NCBI GenBank assembly: GCA_965116905.1
Contig: OZ220732.1
Coordinates: 800,001 to 864,000 of the forward strand
Length of the DNA: 64,000 bases
Origin: Longimicrobiales bacterium
GTDB lineage: Bacteria > Gemmatimonadota > Gemmatimonadetes > Longimicrobiales > Gaopeijiaceae
Direction of reading: 5' to 3'
Both the position numbers and the translations under genes were made by a program. Positions 8,001 to 16,108 of this stretch are shown here, one piece after another; positions within the stretch are counted from its first letter, which is position 1, and each line of letters starts with the position of its first letter. Below the pieces are notes generated by a model that searched no databases, was not told the origin of the DNA, and saw nothing but the letters and a program-made list of their open reading frames with translations.

Positions 8001-9496
8001 ATCGTGCGGTGGAGGCGTCCGGGTCCTTCCTCTTCGGAGCCCTCGGTCACGCCGTTGATGGCGAGCGAGGTGCCCAAGAGGCGGATGACGTCCTGCGAAG
8101 TGACCACCAAAGGCTTGCCGCGAGCGACCTCCCGATCTTCCCCGAGGGATATCAGCTGACTGGTGACGCCCGCGGGAGCCCGGTCTTCGTGTATCCCCAG
8201 CACGATGACCCGGTAGTCCGACAGCATCCCCGCGTTGACCGCCTTGGAGAAGGACAGCGTGTGGAGTTCTGGGCCGTACACGTCCAGGTCGCCCATGTCG
8301 ACCGTCTCGATGCCCTTGGTCTTGAGCGCAGTGCGCGACGAGGCCGTGTAGATCCGCGGGGTAGCGGTCATGTAGAGGCGCTTGGACGATTGCAGCGTAT
8401 CACCGTGCACTGCCCGAAAGCCGCTTAGCTCCTTCGTCTTTCCGTTCTTCGATTCCACAGTGGTGACGCCGGTGGTGCGGTGCGCCTCGTCCATCAACGC
8501 CAAGTCGAAAGCGGGCGCGCCATGTGTCGCTTGAGCAGCCATCACGTGGCGTAGCGACTGGTAGGTGGAGAAGACCACGCGGGTGCGTTCGCCCTCGGGA
8601 TTCGTCAGCATCGCCGCGAGCGCCTTCGCGTCCGACGTGACCGCGCACTCAAGCTCGGACAGCCCGATGTCGTTCCTGGACTCGCCCCTGCCGCCCGCCG
8701 TGTAGTCTGAACAGACCACGCGGCTGTCGAGCTTCCTCGTCGTGTGCCGGAGCCATTCGCGCCGCGCCTGGGATACCAGCGCGATCGATGGCGCGACGAA
8801 GAGAATCCGTCCCCCATTAGGCACCATCCGCTCGGCGATCCGCAGCGAGGTGAACGTCTTGCCGGTCCCGCAGGCCATGATCAGGCGTCCGCGGTCGTGG
8901 TTGGCAAGCCCTTCAACTACGTCTTCGATGGCCTCAGCCTGGAGCGGCCAAGGATCTCGCACCGGCCGGGTCGCGACCTCCTCGGCAATGGCGTCATCCC
9001 CGTGCCGCTGGAAGTCGATCCGCCGGACTGCCGGAGTCAGCGCCTCGATCTGCACCTCGGCGGTCTTGGTCCACGGACACGTCGCGACGATCCACCGCAT
9101 GGCAAAGACCGGCCTGTTCCCGCCTCCTCCAATCTGCGACGAGGCCAAAAAGGAGTCGATGTGGCCCTTGCCCACGCGCGCCTTCGCATCGTAGCACTTG
9201 CATTGGATGGCGATCCAGCTGCCGTCGGCGTGCTCCGCCACCAAATCGATGCCGATGTCGTTCCCGCCGAGCCCGGTCACCTCCACCCGCTCCGGCCAAT
9301 CCGCCCAGCGGTGCACCTGGACGACCTCGTACTCGGGGTTCTCCATGAGCACACGGCAGACCAAGTTCTCGAACCAGCGGCCCTTCTCGGATTCGTCGCG
9401 GCTCTGGCGGCGAATCCGATCAAGGACATCGCTGACGGTGGTCTCTCCCGCTCGGAGGCCGAGGGGGAGTTGGTAACCGCGCGGTTCGCCCTTCAC
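5045..9496 (-). CDS. Type ISP-like single-polypeptide restriction-modification enzyme (Mrr-like nuclease + SF2 helicase + amino-MTase + TRD)
   Basis: GIDLVA...AIQCKCY (Mrr-cat), MACGTGKT (Walker A), DEAH, TAT, QAVGRVMR (motif VI), DPACGTGT (SAM binding) and NPPF (amino-methyltransferase catalytic motif). Confidence 0.88.
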   Translation of the reverse strand: MKGEPRGYQLPLGLRAGETTVSDVLDRIRRQSRDESEKGRWFENLVCRVLMENPEYEVVQVHRWADWPERVEVTGLGGNDIGIDLVAEHADGSWIAIQCKCYDAKARVGKGHIDSFLASSQIGGGGNRPVFAMRWIVATCPWTKTAEVQIEALTPAVRRIDFQRHGDDAIAEEVATRPVRDPWPLQAEAIEDVVEGLANHDRGRLIMACGTGKTFTSLRIAERMVPNGGRILFVAPSIALVSQARREWLRHTTRKLDSRVVCSDYTAGGRGESRNDIGLSELECAVTSDAKALAAMLTNPEGERTRVVFSTYQSLRHVMAAQATHGAPAFDLALMDEAHRTTGVTTVESKNGKTKELSGFRAVHGDTLQSSKRLYMTATPRIYTASSRTALKTKGIETVDMGDLDVYGPELHTLSFSKAVNAGMLSDYRVIVLGIHEDRAPAGVTSQLISLGEDREVARGKPLVVTSQDVIRLLGTSLAINGVTEGSEEEGPGRLHRTIAFSNSIARSSFYAEGMKLPELRRITTRRLRKDDADAEASLPVNAQHLDASDSALTRNQALRDLAKADVQKVARVLFNVGLFTEGVDVPSLDAIVFMEPRQSQVDIVQAVGRVMRKSPGKRLGYIVVPIPIEPGADLVSALAAGTDGYRAVGKVLRALQSHDGRLAEDPARFVRAYDGPDPPPVGPDPPEPVTQPDLKLADVSQGVYAHVVAASGLGKPGLQVSQDIEHAVRAAARLFLEGELAGDVASALGLPSEAGDRNICTIAALLLANACLLHRRLGEVPTMEGIAKLNQVGGADKPAVVLRAAWEAILKRDYAPVFEPPLAVLDVIPDRRWAGHALRILAECANRVADSLSALGYDHAGPLYHRILPDATAYGAFYTNNLSALMLARLALGPDLRDWSDPEEVSRLRIMDPACGTGTLLMAALHVIKKRVEEAGADDDNGHGLDDSDKLHRLLVENVLCGLDVNRTAVQLAACNLTLGAPTVDYRRMNLLTLKHGPQPDGSVRAGSLDILGATDREDSLHTLIRPLRTMAGLAAHHVDSAADAEYPLKDLDLVLMNPPFTNNKQRNRQFGRDTVRRMQEHELRIRDSVEQSDDEVLGVINSNSVSTYFSPLADRLLGGQGILAKVVPSTGCTGPAGVAERRFLARRFHIERIVTSHDPRHINFSDNTSIHECLLVARRWHGNTRPPTQFVSLRRMPSTPEEAVAAADAILAGEPTKWARVTEWPSDRVEAGDWTPVQWFNGALADVVRQVEASPRLQPLGSDHAVGPAGQRIQDAYKVAEPDARGSLPGYHSVSSKLRRKVREEPDVGYVPRPGKEGLAERYAGQRSRLLVAMRMNTVTGRVNALWATSPAFGWWVPVAVDCDRQGQALAAWWNSTPVRLMLLNRRAKTLTYPTWQLHHLREVRVPTPDNPAWDALADAWQQVRDVELLPMREAERCEARRVLDEAAAAALDVSAETVAGWRSMLATEPTVTNRRAGTEA

Positions 9497-9543
9497 CTCA
9501 GGTTACTCCCGAGCCAGCGGGCAGGTCGAACAGGAGGGTCACC

Positions 9544-10179
9544 CTACGCGATCTCGAACAGACTACGGAACCACAGTACGAACCTCCGGGCGGCGTCGCT
9601 GTCGTCGCGAAGATAGTGGGCTTTGATAGCCAAACCGTAAGGACGACCCGGCTCTTCCTGCCAAGCCAGCCAAGTGTGGAGGACTGCTTTCTTGGCGGAG
9701 ACCAAAGGGAACAGCGCGCCCAGCTCTTGGGCCGTACTGGTCGAGTCCTCAGCATGAGGAAGTAGCTGATCCTCGCCGTCGATAAGGTCTTCCAGAAAAT
9801 CCTCCAATGCACCGGTGCGCCGATTGTCCGGCATGAGCCACACCCCAACACGCGTGCCGAACTCGCTGGACTCGCCTATGAAGCCGCCTGTTGGAATCTT
9901 GCGTGGAGCCTCAACACCCACGCTTTGCAGCCGCGAGCGCACCCCATTCCAGGTGGCCTTTAGATCGGCATTCGCATCCAGAACGAAGGCCAGCGATCTT
10001 CCGGTTCCCGCGCGAATGGAAACCGTTATCGCACGGAGAACCCCTGACTTGCCCTTCGCATCCACGAGTTCCGGGATGGACTGCGAGTCGACTCCTTGTC
10101 GGAGAAGTAGCTGGCCGATCACATGCTCGTCGTCCTTGCCCTCCAGGTACGCCGCATTGCCCGTCGCGAATTCAACCAT
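9544..10179 (-). CDS. DUF3226-like / TOPRIM-like partner of the ATPase
   Basis: YLEGKDD, FVLDAN, VWLMPDN...GALEDFL, KAVLHTWLAWQEEPG. Start coupled to the ATPase stop (TGATG). Confidence 0.75.
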   Translation of the reverse strand: MVEFATGNAAYLEGKDDEHVIGQLLLRQGVDSQSIPELVDAKGKSGVLRAITVSIRAGTGRSLAFVLDANADLKATWNGVRSRLQSVGVEAPRKIPTGGFIGESSEFGTRVGVWLMPDNRRTGALEDFLEDLIDGEDQLLPHAEDSTSTAQELGALFPLVSAKKAVLHTWLAWQEEPGRPYGLAIKAHYLRDDSDAARRFVLWFRSLFEIA

Positions 10180-11258
10180 CAGCGCATTTCGATGCTCAAG
10201 TCAGCCGCTGTAACAATGGCCTCCGGATCAAAACTCACGCTGCTGTCGAGTTGTCGCTCGATCTTCTGAACCGACACCACTTCGGCGAGATCCTGACGGG
10301 CCCTAAGCAGGGCCGCCAAGCCATTGATGCAGTCCAAGCTGTGAGTAGTTGCGAATACTTGAATTGAGGATGCTAGCGCCGCATCAACGACGAGTTTCCA
10401 CATTTCCTCCATTACGGTCCAATGCAGGCCGGTGTCAATTTCGTCGATCAGAAGAAACCCGTCTGCGGAACGCACCAAGGACAAAGCGAGCGCGAGAAGT
10501 CGCCGCATCCCGTCGCCGTAGCTCCCGATTGGAGCACGGGGAGAACCTGCCTGGAAGCCCAAGACGATGCCCCCCGTGCGCCCCGCGCCCTCGCCAGTCA
10601 GGAAGTGGATCGAATCAAGGTCCGCTTGGAGGATCCTCATTGCACTGACTACCTCAGACTCACGGCCTGCGACGAGAACCTGATCCCACAGATCAGCCAT
10701 TTCACGGGGGCGCAACGACTCGGCCGTAACGAATTGGATGGGAAGCGACTTCAGCCGCCATGGCCGACCTTCCCGATGCCTCAGCGCCGCTGGCGGCCAG
10801 TCCAGGGAGCCGTCTTCCCTCAGGGGCAGCTTAAGGTGCTCATGTCCTTTTCCGCGTTGGATTAGCAACGCCAAGGGGTGAAGATCGGCTGTGGGCAGGT
10901 CAAACAGGTCATGGGATTCATCCGCCCACCCTTCCACGATTTGAATTGCTACACGTCCAAGACCCTCGGCAGAAGACACGCTCAGGCGGCTACCGAGTCC
11001 GATCCTGTGGCCGCGGAACTGGTGATAGACGGGGTACCGCAACTTGCGACCGCCCGAGGTAACGTGGGATTCGCTCCGTCGCCTCATAGGCGCGACCACA
11101 GCGGTAGGATCGCCGCGAGACGCGAGCAACTCGACGGCCTCCAAGACAGAGGTCTTCCCACAATTGTTGGCGCCTACCAACAGGTTGACCTTCGCCAGGT
11201 CGCGGAGTTCGTACTCCTTGAAGCTGCGGTAGTTTTCCAATCTGAGCGTACGGATCAT
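10179..11258 (-). CDS. ABC-type ATPase (AAA_15/AAA_21 family)
   Basis: MIRTLRLENYRSF, Walker A GANNCGKT, signature-like SYGDGMRR, Walker B/D-loop LLIDEIDTGLH and H-loop ATTHS. Confidence 0.9.
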   Translation of the reverse strand: MIRTLRLENYRSFKEYELRDLAKVNLLVGANNCGKTSVLEAVELLASRGDPTAVVAPMRRRSESHVTSGGRKLRYPVYHQFRGHRIGLGSRLSVSSAEGLGRVAIQIVEGWADESHDLFDLPTADLHPLALLIQRGKGHEHLKLPLREDGSLDWPPAALRHREGRPWRLKSLPIQFVTAESLRPREMADLWDQVLVAGRESEVVSAMRILQADLDSIHFLTGEGAGRTGGIVLGFQAGSPRAPIGSYGDGMRRLLALALSLVRSADGFLLIDEIDTGLHWTVMEEMWKLVVDAALASSIQVFATTHSLDCINGLAALLRARQDLAEVVSVQKIERQLDSSVSFDPEAIVTAADLSIEMR

Positions 11259-11367
11259 CCCCCATAGCCCCTGTGCGCTGGAACAGGCCACCGACTGGGT
11301 AGTCGATGCTCGGCTACCAAGGTGCCATTGTGGCCGATTCGTCGCCAGTTTCAAGCCGCATCCACCC

Positions 11368-11486
11368 CAACCCTAACGTTACGTCAGGATCCCATTCAAT
11401 CTCCTCGACGACCGGAGCGTCTCCCCCAACTCCCCCACCACCTGATCCCCCCTCCCCCCTCAACCCTAACGTAACGTCAGGGTCCC
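11368..11486. repeat. Two 26-bp direct repeats, each with an imperfect palindrome
   Basis: CAACCCTAACGTTACGTCAGGATCCC (11368-11393) and CAACCCTAACGTAACGTCAGGGTCCC (11461-11486), 24/26 identical. Confidence 0.85.
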
Positions 11487-11615
11487 CAACCGACTCTCCC
11501 ATAGCCACCCTGGGCGCCTCCACCACGATCTCCTCCACCCCCATCCCCCTCAACACGGCCTCGACCTCACGCCGCTCTCCCACCCCACGCTCACCGCCAC
11601 CCCCCGCGACCTCGC

Positions 11616-14600
11616 TCACGACACCATACCCCCATCTCCCCCCGGCACGATTTCGTCCTGTCCGAGCTCCCTCAACCTCGCATTCACCTCTGCCAGTTCT
11701 TCGCTCCACACCCCCTCCAGCTCCCCCACCAACCCCCTCAACCTCTCCACCATGATCTCGAACACGGCGTACATCCCGCTCCCGGGCCGCCCATCCCCGC
11801 GCTCCGACATCGACAGCAGGTTGGCCAGGCGGTTGTTCACCTTGATCGGGAAGTTCAGGGGGTCCTGGTTCGACCGGTTCCGCACCTGGTAGATCTCGCC
11901 CTCCACGGCCGACGCCGCCCTCCGCAAGCGCTCCGCCGCCTCGATCAGCGTTTTATCATCGGTCGCCTCCGCCAGGCGCTCCTCCAGCTGCGCCTTCACG
12001 TCGCGGATCGCGATCACGGCCCGGTTGGCCTCGTCGACCTTGTCCCGGATCCGGACCCCGAACTCGTACTGGGCCTGCAGGTCCTCGACCGTGACGTCGG
12101 TGATCCAGGGGTGCGGCACGACCACCACCTGGGACCGGCTCACGTGGTCGCCCATCGTCAGGCGCACCGTGTACACCCCCGGCGGCACCGCGGGCGCCAT
12201 CGTGCGCACGCCCCAGAGGATCATGCCGGGGAACGTCGTCGCCGGATCCGTGCGCAGATCCCACCGCAGTCGCTGCAGCCCGGATCCGGTGGGGAGCGCC
12301 GGTCCGGCCCACCGGTCCCGCTCCACGCCCTCTTCCGCAGGCTCGAAGGTGCGCACCACATCGCCGGTGGCGTCGATGATTTCCAGCCTGGCATCGGCCG
12401 CGCTCCCACCCCCATCTCCCACCCACCACGACAGCACCACGCCATTCGCGGACCGGTACGCCAGGGCCGGGGTGAACAGGACCAGGTCGCGGAGGGTCGT
12501 GGTCGCGTCGAGCTGGCGCAGCGGGGCGATGTTGTCGAGCGACCAGAAGCCGCGGCCGTGGCTGGCCATGGCCAGTTCGTCGTGCTCGGGGATCACGTCG
12601 GTGATGGGGATGTCGGGAAGGCCGGGGTTGAGCTCCTGCCACCACTCGCCGTCATCGAACGAGATGTAGACGCCATGGTTGGTTCCGGCATAGAGCAGGC
12701 CCTCGCGGGCGGGGTCCCCGCGGATCGAATTGACGTAGGCGTCGTCGCGCATGCCGTTCGTGATCCGGGTCCACGTCTGGCCGAAGTCGTCCGTCTTCCA
12801 GATGTGCGGGCGGAAGTCGTCGAGCAGGGCGAGGCGGGCGGACACGTAGGCTTTTGCGTCGTCGAAGGACGAGGCGTCGATCAGGCTGACGCGGCCGAAG
12901 TCGGGCATGTCGGGGGGCGTCACGTCGGTCCAGTTGGCGCCGCCGTCGGTGGTTACGTGCACGAGCCCGTCGTCCGATCCGGTCCAGATGATGTCGGTGT
13001 CGCGCTTGCCCGGCCCGACCGAGAAGATGGTCGCGTAGACCTCGGGGCCGTTCATGTCGCCGGTGATGGGGCCGCCGGAGTGGCCGAGCGTCATGGGGTC
13101 GGCGCGGGTCAGATCGGGGCTCAGCGCCTCCCAGTTGGTGCCGCCGTCGGTGGTGCGCCAGAGCCGGTTGGACGAGGCGTACAGGATATTCGGATCGACG
13201 GGCGAGAAAATGATCGGAAAGGTCCATTGCCAGCGCTCGACCATGTCGCTGGCGGGCTCGCCGGAGTAGAACCAGGGGTAGGGATTGACCTCGCGCGAGG
13301 TGCCCAGGCGCCGGTTGAACCTGTCGATGTAGCGGCCGTTGTTGGTGCCCGAGAAGAAGACGTCGAGGTCCTTCGGATCGGGCGCGATGTAGCCGGGCTC
13401 GCCGCCGCCGGCCCGGTAGTGGGCGTCCATCGAGCCGGCGGTGATCGCGGGGGCGCGGGCGGCTGTGGGGACTCCGTTGTGGTCGTGGGCGTCGGAGGGG
13501 TCGCGGTCGGTGGCGTCGGCGGGGTCGGCGGCGGCGGCGTCGGCCGCGTCGTCGTCGGCGTCCCCGTTGTCCATTGCCGCGGCCCAGGCCTGCTCGAAGC
13601 GCCCGGCGTTCCAGTCGGACGGCAGGCAGAGGGTGCTGTTGTCCTGCTGCGAGCCGCAGATGTGCCACGGGATGTGCGCGGTCGTGACGCCGTGGTAGAA
13701 CTGCGCGGTGGAAAACTCCTGGTCGGTCCACTCGCTGCCGGTGGTGAAGCTGACCGCGCCGCCGCCGTCGTTGGCGACCACGACGTGCGCGGGGTCGTCG
13801 GGATCGATCCAGAAGTCGTGGAAGTCGCCGTGGGTGCCGTTGTTGATGACTTCGTACGTCGCGCCGCCGTCGGTCGAGCGGAAGAACGACGTGTTCTGCA
13901 CGTAGACGACGTCCTCGTCGTGATGGTCGGCGAACACGTGCGTGTAGTAGAACGCGCGCTGCCGGATCCGCCGCTCGTCGTTGATGAGCTCCCAGGTGTC
14001 GCCCCCGTCGTCGCTCCGGAAGAGCCCGCCGTCGTCGTGCTCGAAGAGGGCGTAGACGCGGTTGGAATTCGCGGTCGACACCGCCAGGCCGATCTTGCCG
14101 ACGACGCCTTCCTGCGGCATGCCCGGGTTGCGGGTGATCTCGGTCCACGTGTCCCCGCCGTCGACCGATTTGAACATGCCGCTGCCCGGCCCGCCGGAGG
14201 ACATCGTATACTCCTTGCGGAAGGCCTCCCACATCGCCGCGTAGATCACGTCCGGGTTGTTGCGGTCGATCGCGATGTCGATCGCGCCGGTCCGCTCGTC
14301 GCGGAAGAGGATTTTCGTCCAGGTGTCGCCGCCGTCGGTGGAGCGGAAGACGCCGCGTTCCTCGCTGGGCACCCCGTATTTCCCGAACGACGCGACGTAG
14401 ACAATGGCCGGATCGGTCGGATGGATCCGGATCGTGGAGATGCCGTGCGACTCGGAAAAGCCGACGTGCTCCCAGGTGGCCCCGGCGTCGCGGCTGCGGT
14501 AGACCCCGTCGCCCGGCAGGATGTTGCCCCGGATGCACGTCTCGCCCATGCCGATGAAGACGAGGTCGGGGTCGGTTTCGGCCACCGCCACCGCGCCCAC

Positions 14601-14948
14601 CGACGCCGAGCTGACCTGGAAGTCCGTGACCGGGAACCAGTCCTCGCCGCCGTTGGTGGTCTTCCACAGGCCGCCGCCCGTGGCGCCGAAGTAGGCTTCC
14701 TGCGGGCGGCCGACGACGCCGGAGGTGGCGATGGAGCGGCCGCCGCGGTCGGGCCCGAGGTTGCGCCAGGAGTAGCTGGCGAGGAAGGCGGAGTCGAGGG
14801 TGATTTGCTGGGCGGCGAGTGGGTGCGGGCCGGCGAGGGCGGACACCCAGCCCGCCGAGCGAGTGATCAGCGTTTCATCATCGACGGGCGGCGCAATGGC
14901 CAGAAGGGTCGCGGCGAGAGCGATCGGCTTGAAGGAAGGGCGTGTCAC
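11616..14948 (-). CDS. Secreted VPS10/BNR (Asp-box) repeat beta-propeller protein, glycosyl-hydrolase-like
   Basis: Signal peptide, WRNLGPDRGGRS and many S/T-x-D-G-G-x-T-W Asp boxes (e.g. RSTDGGDTW, KSVDGGDTW). Helical C-terminal region. Confidence 0.85.
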   Translation of the reverse strand: MTRPSFKPIALAATLLAIAPPVDDETLITRSAGWVSALAGPHPLAAQQITLDSAFLASYSWRNLGPDRGGRSIATSGVVGRPQEAYFGATGGGLWKTTNGGEDWFPVTDFQVSSASVGAVAVAETDPDLVFIGMGETCIRGNILPGDGVYRSRDAGATWEHVGFSESHGISTIRIHPTDPAIVYVASFGKYGVPSEERGVFRSTDGGDTWTKILFRDERTGAIDIAIDRNNPDVIYAAMWEAFRKEYTMSSGGPGSGMFKSVDGGDTWTEITRNPGMPQEGVVGKIGLAVSTANSNRVYALFEHDDGGLFRSDDGGDTWELINDERRIRQRAFYYTHVFADHHDEDVVYVQNTSFFRSTDGGATYEVINNGTHGDFHDFWIDPDDPAHVVVANDGGGAVSFTTGSEWTDQEFSTAQFYHGVTTAHIPWHICGSQQDNSTLCLPSDWNAGRFEQAWAAAMDNGDADDDAADAAAADPADATDRDPSDAHDHNGVPTAARAPAITAGSMDAHYRAGGGEPGYIAPDPKDLDVFFSGTNNGRYIDRFNRRLGTSREVNPYPWFYSGEPASDMVERWQWTFPIIFSPVDPNILYASSNRLWRTTDGGTNWEALSPDLTRADPMTLGHSGGPITGDMNGPEVYATIFSVGPGKRDTDIIWTGSDDGLVHVTTDGGANWTDVTPPDMPDFGRVSLIDASSFDDAKAYVSARLALLDDFRPHIWKTDDFGQTWTRITNGMRDDAYVNSIRGDPAREGLLYAGTNHGVYISFDDGEWWQELNPGLPDIPITDVIPEHDELAMASHGRGFWSLDNIAPLRQLDATTTLRDLVLFTPALAYRSANGVVLSWWVGDGGGSAADARLEIIDATGDVVRTFEPAEEGVERDRWAGPALPTGSGLQRLRWDLRTDPATTFPGMILWGVRTMAPAVPPGVYTVRLTMGDHVSRSQVVVVPHPWITDVTVEDLQAQYEFGVRIRDKVDEANRAVIAIRDVKAQLEERLAEATDDKTLIEAAERLRRAASAVEGEIYQVRNRSNQDPLNFPIKVNNRLANLLSMSERGDGRPGSGMYAVFEIMVERLRGLVGELEGVWSEELAEVNARLRELGQDEIVPGGDGGMVS

Positions 14949-15152
14949 GGGGGCTGCGTCCTGTGGGGTGGGAGCGTGAGGGGCGGGGTCAAGCTATGGG
15001 AGGGGCGGAGGGGGGGACAAGGAAGCGGCCACGATGACCAGCGTTCGTTTGCCCCTTTCTGCCCGATTTGGGTACTCTTTGATCATGATTGAGCCCCTCT
15101 ACCCCACTGACGGAGCACTCCTCTCGACGAGACCCGCGCACTCCAGTTCTCA

Positions 15153-15980
15153 ATGAGCCACACGCACGCCGGATCACGAGGTATTCGGGACTTCCCGGCC
15201 TACACCTTCCTCGAGGCCGCTCGCTACCTCGGTATTCCCCCCGCGACTCTCAGGTATTGGGTGCTTGGGAGAAGCTCCGGCCACGGCAATGAGTCCGCAG
15301 GTCTTCAGCCCCTCATCAGGGCTCCCGCCACCAATCGGCTTTCCTTCAACAACCTTGTGGAAGCCCACGTCCTTCGTGCGCTACGCACCGTTCACCTGGT
15401 CAAGATGGCAGCGGTACGGGACGCCTTGGCGTACGCCGAGCAATCTCTCGGGATTGAGCGCCTCCTGCTCCGAGACGAACTTCGGACGTCCGGCCAGGAA
15501 GTCCTTCTTGAGCGACTCGGCGAGTTGATTTCCTTGACCAGGTCCGGACAGCTTGCGATACGTCGCATTCTGGCGGCGTACCTGAAGCGCGTGGAGCGGG
15601 ATGAGAGCGCGCTTCCTCTCAGGCTCTTTCCTCTTCCGCCCGGTTCGTCCTACACCACCAAGACCATTGTCATCGATCCGCTGGTCTCCTTTGGGCGGCC
15701 GACCGTCGCGGGTTCTGGCATCTCGACGGAAGCACTCATTCCCCGGATTGACGCTGGCGAGACGGTCGCTGCCCTTGCGAAGGACTATGGCCTCCGGCCT
15801 GCTCAGATTCACGATGCCGTGCTCTACGAAAGAGCAGCTCGAGCAGAGTCTTCTTCATTGACAGGGATCTGGGGCGCCACATCCTGCCGGAGGCCCTTGA
15901 GCTCGCGGGCTTTGCGATTGAACGGCACGACCTGCACTTCGAACCCGACACTCCTGACGAAGTGTGGATTCCGCAGGTAG
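15153..15980 (+). CDS. DUF433-domain antitoxin (VapB45-like) with apparent stop read-through extension
   Basis: N-terminal HTH (YTFLEAARYLGIPPATLRYW), LSFNNLVEAH and DUF433 (IVIDPLVSFGRPTVAGSGI...AGETVAALAKDYGL). The expected end YERAA is followed by CGA at 15840-15842 instead of a stop. Confidence 0.8.
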   Translation: MSHTHAGSRGIRDFPAYTFLEAARYLGIPPATLRYWVLGRSSGHGNESAGLQPLIRAPATNRLSFNNLVEAHVLRALRTVHLVKMAAVRDALAYAEQSLGIERLLLRDELRTSGQEVLLERLGELISLTRSGQLAIRRILAAYLKRVERDESALPLRLFPLPPGSSYTTKTIVIDPLVSFGRPTVAGSGISTEALIPRIDAGETVAALAKDYGLRPAQIHDAVLYERAARAESSSLTGIWGATSCRRPLSSRALRLNGTTCTSNPTLLTKCGFRR

Positions 15981-16108
15981 CCCAGCGAGGTTGGGTAATC
16001 GTTTCCGGAGACCGAAGGATCCTCCGACGGCCCCTGGTATCGCAAGGGAAGCCCGGCAGAGTCCAGCCCAAGGCACTCAGGAAGCCCGGGTGTCAACCGC
16101 CTCGGTAG
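15839..16108 (+). pseudogene. Decayed PIN-like toxin (VapC45-like): no start codon, truncated
   Basis: A frame absent from the ORF track reads (S)SRVFFIDRDLGRHILPEALELAGFAIERHDLHFEPDTPDEVWIPQVAQRGWVIVSGDRRILRRP and then diverges. Its first codon is TCG. Confidence 0.75.

Noticed and set aside
4961..11468. 11-bp match CCTCAACCCTA at 4961 and 11458 as att sites flanking the RM/ATPase block
   Set aside because: The match is short and low-complexity with no integrase in view, so it is compatible with chance.
11369..11470. Telomere-like TTAGGG hexamers and G-quadruplex-like G tracts (also about 14965-15016)
   Set aside because: There are only isolated hexamers within the 26-bp repeat, and G runs are common at this GC content. 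No evidence of function.
11314..11709. ORF 11314-11709 (-) and the Pro/Ser-rich ORF 11306-11755 (+) as real genes
   Set aside because: Both are low-complexity products of a strongly strand-skewed G/C tract with no recognisable domain. A shorter minus-strand ORF cannot be excluded but is unsupported.
12111..15092. Very long antisense or alternate-frame ORFs (e.g. 12111-15092, 26245-28245, 37047-38996, 45281-47308, 48182-50209, 50836-52692, 60925-62928)
   Set aside because: They shadow well-supported genes, lack recognisable motifs and are expected from stop-codon scarcity in high-GC DNA.
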